From: an uncultured Catenibacillus sp.
Lineage (GTDB): Bacteria; Bacillota; Clostridia; Lachnospirales; Lachnospiraceae
Assembly (NCBI GenBank): GCA_934339005.1
Contig: CAKRHR010000002.1
Location: forward strand, 41,675 to 105,674
Length of the DNA stretch: 64,000 bases
Reading direction: 5' to 3'
Part shown: one piece after another, positions 62,286 through 64,000 of the stretch
Layout: each line of letters opens with the position of its first letter
How positions within the stretch are numbered: the stretch's first letter is position 1
Position numbers and translations under genes: made by a program
Notes under the pieces: generated by a model
Database searches by the model: none
Told to the model about the DNA's origin: nothing
The model's input: only the letters and a program-made list of their open reading frames with translations

Positions 62286-63961
62286 AATTTTTTTACAAGA
62301 CAACTTTTCTGATAAAAAGCAATGCCATAACAGAGTACTGTTTTGAAACCGGCATGTTCAAGTTTTTTTGCATATTGCCTGTCCTGAATTTGTGTTAATG
62401 CGTCCTGGCAACTTTGAAACATCGTTTCCAAAGATTTGGCGACTTTGGCTTCAATAATGATAGCACGTCGGTTTTTTCTGTCTTTGAGTGTGATGTCCGT
62501 GCGTCCAAGATCATTTTCATAGTTCGATTCAACGATATATCCAGCCTGTGACAATAACCCTGCAAGAAATGCATGATAATAGCTTTCTGCATAGTCATGA
62601 AAGCTGATTGTATCAAATAAAATATCAGAAATCAATTCGGTAAGCTTGTCTTCATTACCATTCCATAATGCCAAAAATAATTCTGTACGATTACTGTGAA
62701 CAGCTTTATGATTAAACCACTCAATAACGCTTTGACGAAAAATATGCATGATTTCAGCATTTGGAATTTTAAGTGCAGTTAATGGTGATGCTAAATCGGA
62801 TATAGTGTCTGTATTTTGAATATCAACTCGTGTAAGATATCCGGTAAGATATAGTAAACTCCATAGATTACTTTCAGAAGATGTAATAAAATCATAAGTC
62901 AGGTTCTCTGTGATATTTTCGTAAATACAGTTGCCATTTAATAATGATTCAAATTTTTCAGAAACATCAAAATCTGTACGTTCAAGAAAAGAACGTACAA
63001 TGGCATTATCACTTGTGTGTTCCCAGTAATTTTTAGGAGCAATCGTATAATTAGTCAGAACATTATTTACATAATTCAAAACATCCCAAGGACAGTAAAT
63101 CTCAGTATTCCCAAAATGATAACCGTCATACCATCTTTGAACGATGTCGGCATATTTTTCACAATGGCTGTCAATTAATAATTGCTGGACTTCCTGTTGT
63201 GTAAAACCAAAATATTTACAATATCGATAATCTGAAATCGTATCAGAAGTAAAGTTGTTTGTACCTGTAAAAATACTTTCTTTAGTAATTTTTAAACATC
63301 CGGTGATGACAGAAAGGCAAAGAGCAGGGTTATCTTTTAGAGCCTGCATAAGACCTTTCATAACATCAAGCATTTGTTCATAGTATCCATGGTTATTTGC
63401 CTTGGCTACTGGTACGTCATATTCATCAATAAGGAGAATCACAGGTTTGTGATAATAATTTTGCATAAGTCGGGTCAAAGTCAGTAAGCTACCTTTGATT
63501 TCGACAGATGAAGCATGGTTGGATGCGATATGGTCGAATATTTGATGATCAAATGCATTTAATCCAATGTTATCCAGCAGGTAAATGTGTTCACGATAAA
63601 GTTCTGAAATAATGGATGCAAGCATATCATAAGCATCAGAAAAATTTAATCCATCGACACGTCTGAAAGAGATAAAAATCGTAGGATACTGATTCATCCA
63701 GCGTTGGCAGAGCACTTTATTATCTGAAATTTTTAAACCGTCAAATAAATCAGCGTTATTCTTGCGGATATCAAAAAAACTGGAAAGCATACTCATTGCA
63801 AGTGTCTTTCCAAACCGACGTGGTCTGGTGAATAATGTGATTTCAGATGGATTTGGCTGTAGTAATTCGGAGATTAAATCTGTTTTATCGACATAGTAGT
63901 AATCGTTTTTTCGAATTTTTTCAAAATCAGAAATACCTACAGGGATATTTAAGGTGTTCAT
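62282..63961 (-). CDS. AAA-ATPase-like plus PD-(D/E)XK (PDDEXK_9-type) protein, paralogue of 52366..54066
   Basis: ..IPVGISDFEKIRKNDYYYVDKTDLISELL....TLFTRPRRFGKTL. C-terminal ..GRTDITLKD..(6)..IIIEAKVA (D..E.K). GGAG RBS on the minus strand after 63961. Confidence 0.8.
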   Translation of the reverse strand: MNTLNIPVGISDFEKIRKNDYYYVDKTDLISELLQPNPSEITLFTRPRRFGKTLAMSMLSSFFDIRKNNADLFDGLKISDNKVLCQRWMNQYPTIFISFRRVDGLNFSDAYDMLASIISELYREHIYLLDNIGLNAFDHQIFDHIASNHASSVEIKGSLLTLTRLMQNYYHKPVILLIDEYDVPVAKANNHGYYEQMLDVMKGLMQALKDNPALCLSVITGCLKITKESIFTGTNNFTSDTISDYRYCKYFGFTQQEVQQLLIDSHCEKYADIVQRWYDGYHFGNTEIYCPWDVLNYVNNVLTNYTIAPKNYWEHTSDNAIVRSFLERTDFDVSEKFESLLNGNCIYENITENLTYDFITSSESNLWSLLYLTGYLTRVDIQNTDTISDLASPLTALKIPNAEIMHIFRQSVIEWFNHKAVHSNRTELFLALWNGNEDKLTELISDILFDTISFHDYAESYYHAFLAGLLSQAGYIVESNYENDLGRTDITLKDRKNRRAIIIEAKVAKSLETMFQSCQDALTQIQDRQYAKKLEHAGFKTVLCYGIAFYQKSCLVKKL

Positions 63962-64000
63962 GATACATCTCCTTTCAACAACTTACTGCCTATCGTGAAT

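Noticed and set aside
52366-63961. Whether the inverted AAA-ATPase-like paralogues delimit a composite transposon or an invertible segment.
   Set aside because: The copies are only moderately similar at the protein level and not alignable as DNA repeats by eye. There is no transposase or recombinase, and no terminal inverted repeats or target duplications were seen.
1-64000. Scan for tRNA, rRNA, CRISPR arrays, IS elements, integrases and prophage genes.
   Set aside because: None were found by eye in any intergenic region or in the ORF track. The only regular repeats are coding LRR/DUF4214 repeats and the short motifs reported above.

Overview
This 64-kb window looks like a low-GC Firmicute (Clostridia/Lachnospiraceae-like) chromosome segment; the taxon is an inference from gene content and style. 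Nearly all genes are on the + strand. I found no rRNA, tRNA, CRISPR array, transposase, integrase or phage genes.

Layout:
- 1-9.7 kb, housekeeping: a LysR fragment, a URO-D-family methyltransferase-like protein, pepT, an AraC regulator fused to a GH39-like domain, a flavoprotein, a YitT-like protein, and DUF951-rpsF-ssb-rpsR.
- 9.75-13.9 kb: a 540-bp repeat-rich leader, then a translationally coupled GltD-like NAD(P)H oxidoreductase and [FeFe]-hydrogenase pair.
- 13.9-19.9 kb: a membrane protein, an AEC transporter (minus strand), a SpoVB-like flippase, and RecD2.
- 20-23 kb, wall-remodelling enzymes: a NodB deacetylase with CW-binding repeats and a GH25 muramidase with DUF4214 repeats.
- 23.1-50.3 kb: a roughly 27-kb, 23-gene, single-strand cell-envelope glycan locus. 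It holds a phosphoglycosyl transferase, 13 cytoplasmic GT2/GT4 enzymes, a Wzm/Wzt ABC exporter with a C-terminal extension on Wzt, a coiled-coil methyltransferase, a Wzx-like flippase, three GT-C-like polytopic proteins and an acyltransferase. Its distal part is markedly AT-rich.
- 50.4-60.1 kb: four more secreted proteins (a CAP domain, two BspA-type LRR proteins, and one with no head domain). All end in the same four-repeat DUF4214-type module, and they share mosaic near-identical DNA segments.
- Two inverted paralogous AAA-ATPase-like/PD-(D/E)XK genes sit in and after this cluster, with recQ between the second one and the cluster.

The most interesting hypothesis: the DUF4214 four-repeat tail is a non-covalent wall-glycan anchor, matched to the polysaccharide made by the locus it brackets. 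That locus appears to use methyl-cap/Wzt-CBM chain termination plus extracytoplasmic decoration.
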